Source: Paraspadella gotoi (taxonomy: Eukaryota > Animalia > Chaetognatha). From it: 64,000 nucleotides of DNA. The DNA is taken from contig CM119271.1 of the NCBI GenBank assembly GCA_051294375.1, positions 4,014,434 to 4,078,433 on the forward strand. Direction: 5' to 3'. A program made the translations under genes and the position numbers. The notes under the pieces are model-generated. The model had not been told where the DNA came from, searched no databases, and saw only the letters and a list, made by a program, of their open reading frames with translations. This document shows, piece after piece, positions 51,321 to 64,000 of the stretch (positions are counted from its first letter, which is position 1; each line of letters starts with the position of its first letter).

Positions 51321-52141
51321 GAGTAAAGGACAGATCGACAACTTGACGAGCAAAGGGAATGCATTCCGTACGAACTGAACCCGTGAAAGGCCGATCACAA
51401 AAAATTGATGACTTGAGGAAGAAGGAAATTTTTCTGTCCTCTTCTCTGCACGAGATTCACTCGCCGAGTTTTAATTAATGACGAGGCAACGAGTCTGAAC
51501 CGAGGATATAAACGGACAGAAAGACGGACGGATAGACCAGATAGATGGATACTGGGATAGACAAATGATGAAGAATCAAACGTTGATCAAAACTAAATTA
51601 AAAGGGTTTCGACGGAGAGAAAAAGAAAGATGGCTTGTCATTAAAGAATGACAATTAACGTTCAAATATAATATATCTAATATTATCTATGTTTACATCT
51701 ATTTTATTTTGCATATTTTGCTGTAATTAATTTTGTATTTGTCATTTTATTTACGCAAGACACAGAGGTTAAAAGTCTACAAATTGTCTTTTCTTGAAAA
51801 AAAAAACACAAAAAAAAACCCAAACAAAAAAAACAAAAAAAAAGAACAAGTCGGCGAGAAAAGCGCAACGGCGCCACGTAATGACCCAAACATCAGTCGT
51901 GACAAACGCAGCGCATCGGTCATGACATCCGTTATCGATCGGTTACGACATAAGTAACGAGAGACGCTCTTTACAAAAAAAAACGGTCGAGGCGGAAAAG
52001 AGGAAGAGGGGGGGGGAAAGATGTTGCATTAGTGACGACGCCAGACGTGAAAAGTTAGGAGAGAAAAAAAAACCAGGAAAGTCGCAGGATAAATAATTTA
52101 CGGGGAATTTTTTTTTCTTCTTTTGTTCTTTTTATTTATAG

Positions 52142-52237
52142 CTGATGAAGAAGACGATGACGACGACGACGATAAGAACAAAGAGGAAGTGTCCGATGAC
52201 CTCAACGACGACGACGACGACGACGACGACCATAACG
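52142..52237 (+). CDS. Candidate 96-nt acidic exon of an unknown gene
   Basis: Long polypyrimidine tract plus TAG acceptor (52141), donor ACG|GTAAGA; symmetric phase 1; DEEDDDDDDDKNKEEVSDDLNDDDDDDDDHN. Confidence 0.3.
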
Positions 52238-52946
52238 GTAAGAAAAAGAGATCCGAATTCGTAATATCTCTTTGGTCCAACAAAAGTTTCTTTTGTTGCG
52301 CGAATTACCGTTTGGAAGAATTTCGTCCGGCGTTCGGAATAACGTCAGTAATAATAATAATGGCATCGCAGAGCAAAGCAGTATAAAAGGTGATTGACCG
52401 ACGCGGGTCTATTACCCCCTCTCCTTCTTATTCACCTCCTCTTCATCCTCCTTCCATGGATTCGGGGCCGCGTTCACGAGATTCAGTTCACCTTTTTCTC
52501 TTCTCCTATTAGTTTCTCCTCTTTTTTTACCCTCATGATTTTGTCGCCGTATAGATTTTTCTGCCGTCAACAACGACAAAGATGAAAACAACAGTGACAA
52601 CTGGTAACAAATGTGATGAGTCATCACTGATGACAACGACGATGAATAGAAATACGAAACCAAAGAGAACTGATGACAACGAAAACGACGACGACGACGT
52701 GCGAAGGGAATTAGTTTAAAAAGAAACGGTAAGTGTCGGCGGAAAAATAGCATACACCATAAAAAAGCACTAAAGGACCTTGAATGAAAAATCAGTTGAA
52801 AAAACAAAATCCTGTTCGATACTGAAAGCACGAAAAATAAAAAAAATAAGTATCAACGGATGAAACGAGAAAGGTAAGTCCAATGTGTTGCGCCGCAGTG
52901 AATTTATATTCATGTGTATTTCCCTTTGATCACATGATATGACATG

Positions 52947-53212
52947 ACAAGACTAACAAACTTAAGTTGCCCGTACTTTATTTGCACTGCATCAAAATTC
53001 CGACTTTTATTTATTATAGTTTTAGGAATTCCTGAAGCCGGCGCTAGCAGTCCCTTAGATTTGTGGTTTTTTTATGTCTCAACAAATGAGCAACCACCAA
53101 CAACCAGCATTTTTAACATAAGTGGGACAGACCGACGGACAGATATACCGACAGACCGACCGAAAAGTGACTTATAGAGTTGCTCCGCGAGTACTCGCGG
53201 CGCAACTAAAAA
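52947..53212 (-). mobile_element. Short HINE/DINE-1-like element, second subfamily
   Basis: Minus strand TTTTTAGTTGCGCCGCGAGTACTCGCGGAGCAACTCTATAAGTCAC then TCGGTCGGTCTGTCGG...TGTCCGTCGGTCTGTC; GCAACT recurs near the distal end. Confidence 0.65.
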
Positions 53213-53489
53213 CTTTCTTAACCGCGAAAAGGCAAAAAAAAAGGATGAGTGAATAAAATAAAGATCCGATGGAAAAAAATAAAGAAAGAATGAATAAAAG
53301 ATGAGAAGGTTGAAAAGTCTTGAACGAGGAGGCGGGTTTTTCCCTCTCATATTCGCTTTTAAAAAAAAAGATGGCGCAGTAAATATAGTGAAAGAAGTTT
53401 GTATACGAGCGTGTGGCTTCCTCTCTCTTTCTCTTTTCTTTTTCCAATCGTCTTTTGGCTTTTCTCTAAATACATTTTCGTCCTTTAGT

Positions 53490-53580
<91 letters not shown>

Positions 53581-53695
53581 CTCTCTCTCTCTCTCTCTCC
53601 AATCTCATTCGCTCTTCTTTCAATTTCGGAATGAAAGAATCCATAAATATCAATACGAGAGTTTCGCGCTGGAGAAAATGATGCCATCGCTAAAG

Positions 53696-53778
<83 letters not shown>

Positions 53779-54892
53779 GGCGGCGAGAGAGAAAACGAAG
53801 ATGATAAAAAAATGGGAAAATATAATATGAAGGAAAATAAAATGAAGAGAGCATAAAGAGGATGAAAGAAAGCCGAGCTTGAGCAGTGAAGAGAGACGTA
53901 AAAAGCAGTAAAAAAGCAGTAAAAAAAAAGCTGTAAAAAATCCGGTAAGACATAAACAGAGACATCTTTTCAGATAGACGAGTCGCAGCGAGAGATGGGG
54001 CAGAAGACGGCGGAATTACAGAAATTATTTAAGGAATAATTATCATGTTTTAAATATTGTAAACAAAAATTACTTTCTTTTTTACTTGAGATTATGGTCA
54101 TGTACTCGGAGCAGTTATTCTTTTTAAGCTTTATCTGCCAATTAGTCAACTGGAATTTAAAGCTAGAAAATTAGTAAAACTAATATAAAAATCATTCATT
54201 CATTTAACATATAAACCTTCTTGTCACTGACTTTGGACGGGCTATGCTGGGTTGAGGCCTCCATATACCATGATGGAAAAAAAAAGTGTCGCGGTTACTT
54301 TCCAGTTATTTTTCGGCATTTTAATGTAAGAATCGAAAAATAAAATTTAGATATCAAGAAACTTTAGCCTTTTGCGATTCATATAAGCTGTGTCTCATTT
54401 ATGTATGGCAAAAAATACAGGAGTTCCATGTAAAAGAAAATGCGTTGTCCAAAAAAATGCTTCCTTCATTTTTATCTTTTTTATATCTATACTTTTTATT
54501 TATATCGATTTCCGGTTCTTTTTTATTACTTTTCGAGTTTAACCATGTTCTTCTCTACTGATGTAATACTCACGGAATATAAAAATAAAACCCAAAAATA
54601 TTTTCTAATTTCATAAAAAAAAATATTTAAAATGGTTTAATAAATTTTTCTCTCCGTCGTCTGAGTGAAAAAAAAAGCGCAAAATCCTTCTTTTTCTCTT
54701 TGGAAACCGAATTCGGAGAAATAGGCCATAAAACCAGAAGAAGGAGGAAAAGAAAGAAAAAAACAAAGAAAAACTTGAAATCCTTTTTTCCCTTCATTTT
54801 AACTATTCTGTAGGTTTTTTGGCAATTTTTTTCTTTGTTTCGAGAACTTTATTGTTGTCGTTATGATCGTCGTTATCGTCATCATTATCATT

Positions 54893-54930
<38 letters not shown>

Positions 54931-55928
54931 AAAAATTATTTATTATCATCATCATCATCATCATTTTTTTTACATTTTCAATTCATGACTAATTTCCTAG
55001 AGAATTAGCTTAAATGCTGAAATTTTCTCACCCCCAATCCCTTGAATCTGAAGTGAAGCGATATACACTTAAAGCGCCCCCACTGGTCGGTTGAAAACAG
55101 AAAGACTACGGTTCAGGAATTGCGTAAATACGCTAAAACAAATTAACAAAATACAATCATAAATGAAAAATAGTAACAATAGTAACTCCAAAAATCCTCA
55201 CATATTTTGATTTGTAAATAAATGACTTTTTAACAAGAAAACTAGGGCAGCATGTAATTTTTAACCTTGTGTTTTAACCTCTATTTTAAAAAGACAACAC
55301 TAACATTCCTCTCCCAATTATATTATTGATATGTGAAATAAACCTATAAATTTAATTCAATACTTATGTAAAATATTTTAATAATAAACAAGTTATTTAT
55401 TATTTCATACATTGCACAAACCCCCGAATCGCTCTCCTTAGCCTCCGCCCTCGTCTCTTTTGATCTTTCAGCCCCCGCCCGTAGCAGCCGCAGCCTCCCG
55501 CCGCCGCGTCTCCGCAGCACCGCCGCCATATCCATTTCCACGATGATTCGTCTTTCTTGAAAAATTCAAATTTTCGCGCGCGTTGCGGCGGGAACCGATT
55601 CTCTCTCCTTCTCTTCAACCTTTCATCAAATCATAATGGGAAACTCAAAAGAAGGAATGATAGAGAGCGAAAGAAAAAGGAGAAGAGAGAGAAGGAGAGA
55701 AAGAACGAAACGCAGAAATGGAAAGAAAGAATAAAAACGCAATGGAGAAATAGGGACAGAAAGAAATGAAAGAAAAGAAAACAGAAAGAAATCAAGACAA
55801 AATAAGAGAGAGAAAAAAAGAAAGAAAGAAGGAAAAAAGATAGAAAGAAAGAAAGAAAGAAATAAAGATAAAGAGCACGAAAAAAAGATAGAAAGAAAGA
55901 AAGAAGGAAAGAAAGAAATAAAGAAATA

Positions 55929-55972
<44 letters not shown>

Positions 55973-57739
55973 AAAAATTTTTTAAAAATGTCAGCAAAAA
56001 TGTCAATTAAAAAAAAGGCATACAAACAAAAATGAGAAGAAAAACTAAAGAAAGTAATTTGAAATAATGATTGAAGATTTACGGTTCGACCGTCGACCCA
56101 AGGCGCCCACGTCTCAGAGGCTCAAAGCCCGGGGATCCGGCATCCGGAAAACTGGCGGCCGCCGGCGAACTTTCGAAACTTTTCGGGATCCGCGCTTAGC
56201 ACCCGCGGCCCGAGAGCGAATCTTTTTTCTATTAACCCCTTTTTAGTCGCTGCCAGGCGTTTTACACAGCTTTCTCAAGCAAATCACTTACCGTGTGATG
56301 ATATGATAAAAGGTTATAACGTCGATCTTCCCTTTAACCGACATTAACGTCAACCCACACTCTTTCGAACCCTCCCCCCCCTCCCGTCTCTTATCCATTT
56401 TTAACTCGATACACGTTTTGGCTTTTTTGCCGCAGCCCCGTCGGCTGGGTGCAGAGAAGAGGGCGCCCGCTCAGAGAGATGTACACTGAGATAACTTGCG
56501 AAAGGGATTTCAATAATAATTTTATACATATAATAAATACAATATTTAAAAATATATATGAAAATTTGCAAATTACTTGTTTCACTATTTTCATTTTTCT
56601 ATTTTAATATTTTTATGAAGGATTTAGTATTTAATCTATATTATTTATTCAAACATATATTGCTTTCTTTTTTAAAAATTTTTATTTATCTAATAATAGA
56701 GCCAAACTTCGTCAATGGGGTGGGTCAGAAGTTTGATTTGGGAACCTTTCCAAATGAAACTTCATACATTTCTGAGAAAACTTTCAATGGAGCAAAATTT
56801 CTAAAATGGCAAGAAGCATTAGTAATTAATTTTGATATTTATTTATAGATAGGAAATGTCAAAAAAATTTTTTTGAATTTTTTATTTTTAAAAGCAGATT
56901 CAGATAGCTTATGAAAGTTATCTGCACAAAGTATAATTCTTTTTTCAATATTTGATGATAAGTGGGTTAAAATTGAGAAAAATCTTAAAAATCATCATCA
57001 TCATCATCATCCGATGATTTTAGCAGTTTTTACTAATTTTTAGTAATAAAACATCAAAATTTTAAAAAGTTGTAAATATATTTTTTGCTTAACTTTTTAA
57101 GCTCTATCAGAATCAATTAAAAAACTTAAAATATCAAAAAAAATTTGTGACATTATATAGCGATATAATAATATTAATTAGCGAATTACTCATGGTTCGG
57201 AACATTTTTGCAAAAAAATATTTAACACAATAATTAATACCAATAATGGATTAGTTTTATGCTGTTCCCATTAAAATTTGAATTTGGTCGGCTACCGCTA
57301 CTAATAATTCAATTTGGGAAGGGGAAGTCAGTGTTGTCTTCTGGAAATAGAGGGAGCATCTATAACACAACACAAGGTTAGATTACTATGTCCTAGTTTT
57401 CTAATAGATATCACACACATTTCTGTTAGAAAGTCATTAATGAAAAATCATAATATCTAAGAGGCTGAACAGAAAAGGGGTGGGAATGGATAATTTTTTG
57501 AGGGACCAACGTTATAATATGATTTTTTTACCAATAGGGATAAGACTACCATGTAGAAATTGTATGCGCGAGAAGAGAAAACGAAGATGATAAAAAAATG
57601 GGAAAATATAAAATGAAGGAAAATTTTTTCTTTTTCTCTTTGGAAACCGAATTCCGAGAAATAGGCCATAGAACCAGAAGAAGGAGGAAAAGAAAGAAAA
57701 AACAATAAAGCAAAACTTGAAAGAGAGTATAAAAGGTCT

Positions 57740-58319
57740 TTTCTATTGCTAAGAATGTCAAGAATGCGGATGTGCATTCCGTTCTTATGACGTCATCACT
57801 TTCGGTTAGGTATGAGTCACTCACATATATCACTCACATATATCCACACACATCCGCATTCTTAACATTCTTAGCAATAGTACAGACCTTTTTTTTCCAG
57901 ACAATTTTTTAATATTCAACTGTATAAGTCACTTTACTATTCTGGCCATATCTTTTACCCTTTCATCAGAAAGGAATGCACATCCGCATTCTTTACATTC
58001 TTGGCAATAGTACATTTAAACTCATTTCTACTCGGACGATTCCATCGAAACTTCATATCCAGCTCAATCACATACTTCCCTACCCACACACAAAATTTCA
58101 TTTCAATCTATCTATCAAATCACGAGTAATTGGAGTTTTTTGCTAAGGTGGGACGGACGGTCGAATGGACGGGTGGACGGATGGACATTTTTTTTGCATA
58201 ATTTACATAATTCGATGTTCTGACATGATATAAGTGAATGCCCGACAGATTGAGGGGGCAGACGACAACGACAAGTGAATTATAGAGTCGGGATCTGCTG
58301 AAAGCAGATCCTTCTAAAA
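57740..58319 (-). mobile_element. HINE/DINE-1-like element (inverted-arm copy of 41545)
   Basis: TTATAGAGTCGGGATCTGCTGAAAGCAGATCCTTCTAAAA on the plus strand. Confidence 0.55.
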
Positions 58320-59083
58320 GTAGCATAATCATTGCACAGCCCTAAAATAACTCGAGAAGCTCTCTCTCTCTCTCATCAACCATTGGTAGGATTTCACCCG
58401 AGTTGTCCTCTGTTGTCCTGACTAGTCCTTATTGTCCCATTGCTTCGACTTAGCGTCTTATATTGTTATTGTTATTGTTATTTTTGTTGGAGACTAAATC
58501 ATTCTCGATCTAAAACCTCGTCTGATTAATTCCTGCCAGACAACATTCATATTTGAAGAATCAGCGAAGATTCAGTTTATTTTCTTGGCAAAAGGTTTTT
58601 CGTAGACACTTCCAAATAGAAAACGATAGTGAAATCTCACAGATGACGATCCCAACGACAAACAAAACGAAGACGGACAAACCTCCACCGTTGACAGAGA
58701 AAGCACAGCACGATCACGCAGCGGCCTTGGTTTTATGGATGTGGACGTAGCCTTCTTCGCGCGCAGTCATGGTGAATGGGCATTTGACCAACGAGGGTTT
58801 CCATAAACGTCCCTTCCAAATTTCTAGGAGGGAGGGGGGGATAGGGAGAAAAATGTCGATGCTATTGTTTAGCTAATTCTTTTTAAATAGGATAAATGAT
58901 AATTTAATGGTGTAGAGTGTAGAGTGATGTGATAATATTAAAATTTTTAAAATTAAAATTTAGCATATAGAACATAAAATAAAAAGTACTTTGGTAATTT
59001 TATTTTTAATTTTATAAAATATAGTATTTTAGCGAAAACAAAGTTTAGAAGTATTGTATTACAACAATTTTTATTTAAAATAA

Positions 59084-59124
59084 TCAGACATGTTTAATTC
59101 TTGTTCGAGCTTCATCAGTGTTTG
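59084..59124 (-). ncRNA. Hammerhead ribozyme, inverted-arm copy
   Basis: Minus strand CAAACA-CTGATGA-AGCTCGAACAAGAATT-AAACATGTCTG (the G of GAAA is missing in this copy). Confidence 0.5.
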
Positions 59125-59157
59125 ACAGACTATCAAAAAACTTTTTGCAGAAGTAAG

Positions 59158-59193
<36 letters not shown>

Positions 59194-59764
59194 TTAAAGT
59201 TTTCCAACAAAGTGGTGAGACAGAATAGTGGTGAGAGGTGAGGACAGGTGAAGCAAGGACAGATTTGAGTGGAGTTTTTGAAAAAGAATAGTAATGTCAA
59301 CAGAGAAGAGAGTGAAGAGAGAGAGAGAGGTAATATGTTAACATTTGTGTAATGTACAACAAAGATATAAGTTTTTAAAATGGAAATAACAATTAGCCTA
59401 AATAATAAATTAAATTAAATATAAATTTGAAATGTGAATATAAGAAAAAATTACATTTGTTAGGATAGTTAAGTTTAAGAGAAGAAAGGATGAATATAAG
59501 AGAATAGATAGAGCTTCAAAATGAGCTGAAGGTTAAGGCGTAGTTGAAAGTTACATACGAAAATTCGAGAAAAGTCAATTATGAACAACATACTATCAGT
59601 GAACATTAATTTGTAGAAAAAATTAATTTATGTTTTTTAATTTTCGCGCAGTAGGCTATATCTATATATAGTATAAAGAAGCCCTATGAAAAGAGTCCAG
59701 TGTGGCGGTATAATTCACGACCGCCTCCCAGTCCACCACCATCCTTGCAGCCAAAAACTAAAGA

Positions 59765-60262
59765 AAATATTTGAAATAATGATTGAGATTTACGGTTCGA
59801 CCTCGGACCCAAGGCGCCACCGTCTCAGAGGCTCAAAGCCCGGGGATCCAGCATTCGGAAAACTGGGGCCGCGGCGAACTTTTCGAAACTTTTCGGGATT
59901 CCGCGCTTAGCACCGCGCGGCCGGAGAGCGAATCTTTTCTTATTAACCCCTTTTTAGTCGCTGCCATGGCGTTTTTACAACACAGCTTTCCTAACCAAAC
60001 TTCAACTATACCGTGTGATGATATTGATAAAAGGTATTATAACGTGATCTTCCCTTTAAGCCGACATTAACGTCAACCCACACTCTTTTCGAACCCACCC
60101 CCGCCTCCCGTCTCTTTATCCATTTTTTAACTCGATACAACGTTTTGGCTTTTTTTGCCGCAGGCCCCGTCGCGCTGAGGTGCAGAGAGAAAGGGCGCCG
60201 CTCAGAGAGATGTACACTGAGATAACTTGCGAAAGGGATTTCAATAATAATTTTTATACATA
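59765..60262 (+). repeat. Third copy of a GC-rich ~0.5-kb block (also 56055-56530 direct, 43525-44020 inverted)
   Basis: Shared GATTTACGGTTCGAC...CGAACTTTCGAAACTTTTCGGGAT...GAGATAACTTGCGAAAGGGATTTC. Confidence 0.9.
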
Positions 60263-63200
60263 TAAGGGATACGACATTATTGTAAAAAATCCTATATATA
60301 TTAAAATAATTCTAATTGGATCTTTTGGTCAAGTAACTAGAGTTCATTGCTGATTATTTTTGTGTGAATCAAACGAGAAATGTAAATTTCTTGTAAAATA
60401 TTTGAGCTGGATAACTCTGTAGAGTTTTCGATGATTATTGTGTTCGGATAATTGTTTTTTAAATTGCTTTTCCAAAAACTTCGGCGTTCAAAAAAAAAAA
60501 AAAAAACTATCATGGGTGTTTTAAGGTGTTAACCTTCCGAATTTTCGGCAATAAAAGTTCGTACGTATTTTTATGAAATAGAGGAAATAAATAATTATTA
60601 TCTTTAATACAGTAATGCAGATTTCTCCCCCTCGTCCGCAATTTTATGACGAAACCCCTGCTTTAAAATTAAATACAACAAAATACGAAAGTGACCGGGA
60701 GATACAATTTATACAATAAATCATAAAAGGAAGTTTAGGAAACCGAATCCTCGGCGACGGAAAACGGAGACGCCCCCTCGCGGAGAGAATTCCAATTCCT
60801 CGCTCCCAACCGATGAGGGGTCGTAAGTCAAAACCGCTCTCTGTTCTTCGCAATCAGAACCGAGCGAGAGAGAGCGAGACGCCTTCTCCAAAAACTGACG
60901 ACGCAACCGAACGAAAACTTTGGGAAAACGAGAGAGGGAGGGAGGGAGGGGAGAAGTGAGAGAGAGTAGGGAAGAAGATGAGAGAGAGCGACGAGATGCG
61001 AGAACAAGAGAGTTACTGAGAGAGAGAGAAAGAGAGATGAGAGAGAGAGAGAGCAGGAGAGAGAGATGGAAGCAAATGAAAAAGCTAAAGAAAATTTCCG
61101 CGGTTTTGAAAGAAATTCACACGCGTTTTTATAACCAACTGGCGCGAAAGATGGGTTTTGGGTGGAGGCGCAGTGAAAATAGGGGGTTCGGTGGCGGCGG
61201 TGGGTGCTGTAAGCACAGGCCTGGGGGGGTAAGCTTTTCAGGAGTTGCCCAAGAGACGAGAGACGCGGAAACGCGCGATGCCAAGCAACCGCGGGACAGC
61301 GGTGACGAGGCGTTGCTATGGAAACCGACGGAAAGAAAAAGACAAAGATTGGCTAACAAAGGAACAAAGGAGTCCGAATATTCTTACTAATTAAAAAAGA
61401 AAATTTAAAAAACGCGAAAATAGAAACAGTAGACAAAGCTATGATGACCGAAAGCTTGCAGCAGGTCTCGCTGTATGTGATTTGATACTGAAACCTACGT
61501 TAGCCCGATCCATTGTCCACAATTCAGGAGCAAGGTACGTAGCTTATTTATTGATTTATTTTGATAATTGTTATAATCTTTATACATCTCCAGGATAGAC
61601 CTAACCCGAGACACAATATCAAAGCAAGAAACTTATATCGACTTCGCTCAGTTGTCTAAGCGTCGACGGAACGCGTAGACGCGGCCGTTGCTAAGCGACG
61701 AGAAAACCGGTGACGCGCGTGATTCTCCTTCCGTTGGAAATAATCTTCTGTTTTCTGTCGTTCGGGCTAGGAGAGGAAATGTAACGTAGAAAATAAGCAG
61801 ATTTTTAAAATTTTATTTGCTAGGTTATAAGTGTGGTTTTTATTAGTATATATAGTTATGTTTTATAAGTAAATATTTTTTCGCTTTTTTATATGATCTA
61901 TTTTATCGTCTCTCTGGTTGCTTTCTCAGTTCGTTTGTTTTTAGTATTTTTATTTTTGTTAAAACAACTTTTGTGGTAGTAATCATATATAAGTAATTAT
62001 ATATTATATACGTCCGAAAATTTTTTATTGTGTGATCTCTTGAAATTCTAATCTTTTTTGAGATTGCATAAAAATTACTAAACGGTACGTAAATTGATTC
62101 TAAAACTAGAATAAATCTCGATAAATTTTTTTGTTTTGTTTTTGAAAATGCACATTGCACAATTTTTAAAAGTTTGTTTCAAGCAAAACTGCCTTTTATT
62201 TGAAAAATAAATCATATATAAATTTACATAAAATTGGAACAACCAAAATAAAAATTATAAATAAACTATATTGCCCCTGACTGGACAGTGGACAGGCTTT
62301 GGCAGTTTAAGGCTTCCATCACTCTTACAAGATAATGACAAAGCAGATCCCTCCATATTAGACTGGTTTTTTCTCACTAAAACTGAAGAAGAATGAAGCT
62401 TAAAAAGACGGAAAAAATAATTTTACTAAAGAAAGTAATTTAATACATTTAATCTGACCGACTTGATTTAACTTAATTCTATGTGGGTTTCGCGAAGAAA
62501 ATCGCATTAATAAAATATATTTCCAACATTGGTAACTTGAAGGGAGGGAAAGTTAAAACGTAGAAATTCCACTTTATATGACGGAACTCGTTAATCAATC
62601 TTTTTTTCACAGGCGGTATACTTATTACTTAATCCAATTTTTTTTTATTTAAAGCGTAAATTTTCTAATCTTGGAGGAAGGGATTTTGAGATCGACGATG
62701 CGAAAGTTTCTCAGACAACAGGCCAACCCTGTCATGATTTTATGCCTGACCCTGGATATGTTAAAGGGGTGAAATGGCAAGGTCTAATGGTGTATAAATT
62801 GACAACCCTAGCGGCCACAAAACAATATTAACGGGGACGCGTGATTAATGTTGATGTCATTACTTTCTCGTAAATTAATCTCTCCGAACTCGGAGGGAAT
62901 TTGTTATCGCGACCATTACAAGTCGTCAGATGGTACTGATGTTATCTGAGAGAGAGAGATGCAGTGAGCGTCAGAGTAATTGAGGTCGTCAGATGGATGG
63001 TAGACGGAGATCGAGAGTCAGAGAGAGGTGAGAGCAGAGAGTCGTACGAGAGAGAGAGATGTGACGGAAGAGAGGATTGAGAGGGATGAGAAAGAGAGAG
63101 GCTTCACCACCGGAAATGGAATTTTTTCGCGCCGACGCAACTCGAGATTGTTCCTTTCCACTGCCATCTGGGGCCAAAGATCGACAAAAAAAAAAGGAAA

Positions 63201-63889
63201 CAAAAGTGCAAGACTTTTGGGGGAAAAGAGGTAAACAATGTGGGAGGGAATATCGGCAGAAGGTGACGAGAAAAAGAAGAGGAAATGTGAAACTCGTAAA
63301 AAGGTGGGAAGTGTGAAGTGAAACATAAAGGTTGACCGGGTTAAGAACTGGGAGTCACTTTGTGAAAAGAGGGATTGCGAAAATATACCGTTTGTGATTT
63401 TGAAGAGGCGTTTGTGAGGATGGAAGGGGTAAGTTTTAAATATATATAAATAATAATATAATATAATATATAAATATTACATATGGAACTTACGATACAT
63501 ATTTTTAAAGACGATTTGGATCTTTGTTTATGACGATATTAAAATATAGACGATTTACTGACCTTCTTTCGACCGAGTTCAATTTCTTGGCCGACTTTGT
63601 CCTCTCGGATTTCTTAATAATAAAACTCTGGTTGAGAGACCAACCCATATACGTATTCTCTCTATGCAAAGATGGAGAAAGTAAAGATCTAGGAGTTTTG
63701 AGTTTGTTATAAAATTTCATGAAAAAGAATTTAATCGTTTGATTTTATAAAGATTTAATAAAATTAAAGGAAAAAAATATTTTTTTTTAAATAAGAATTT
63801 TTCTCCTTTGGCTTTACGCTTCTTTCCTTGATTTTTTTCTATTTTGCTTTTGTCTAGTTGTCGTCGGACTAAGAGTCCCATTGATATCC

Positions 63890-63985
63890 AGACGACGATG
63901 ACCACCATGACGACGATGACCACAACGACGACGATGATCACGACGACGACGACGACGACGACAAACAACAACAATGAAGACGACG
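63890..63985. repeat. (GAC/GAT/CAA)n trinucleotide tract
   Basis: Direct low-complexity run. Confidence 0.85.
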
Positions 63986-64000
63986 TGGACGTACGTACAT

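Larger units (their letters stand above)
46634..52029 (+). repeat. Tandem direct duplication (46634-49747 and 49774-52029)
   Basis: Both start GAGTTAAAACTAAAATTAATTT and end GGGGAAAGATGTTGCAT; copy 1 carries an extra ~0.6-kb insert. Confidence 0.9.
40145..59685. repeat. ~19.5-kb inverted duplication (arms ~40145-46504 and ~53500-59685)
   Basis: Collinear reverse-complement matches, e.g. 41045 vs 58805, 43930 vs 56145, 44510 vs 55540, 46043 vs 53965; arms differ mainly by indels. Confidence 0.9.

Overview
Eukaryotic (invertebrate-like) AT-rich genomic scaffold, rich in (AG)n and (GAY)n microsatellites and apparently error-prone: frequent indels, one 100-N gap and three 25-N gaps. No prokaryotic systems are present. 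Supported content: (1) the 3' exons of an ERC/ELKS/CAST-family coiled-coil gene on the minus strand (1-1596, plus an upstream exon near 10 kb); (2) a full-length Ty3/Gypsy LTR retrotransposon with CsRN1-clade hallmarks (TG..CA LTRs, PPT, tRNA-Trp-like PBS, CHCC Gag, PR-RT-RH-IN, 4-bp TSD) inserted in sense orientation in an ERC intron; (3) three large inverted duplications (~6.5-18.5 kb, 27.2-35.2 kb, 40.1-59.7 kb) and several tandem duplications that most likely reflect long-read gap-filling artefacts; (4) a truncated Penelope-like 3' end with a minimal type-I hammerhead ribozyme, plus a second degenerate hammerhead; (5) Helentron-associated (HINE/DINE-1-like) non-autonomous elements; (6) 19-bp and ~22-bp minisatellites; (7) unidentified frameshifted ORF/exon candidates, notably an intronless acidic-N-terminus ORF at ~25.8-27.2 kb. 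I found no convincing new biological system. The best leads are the hammerheads and the orphan acidic ORF.
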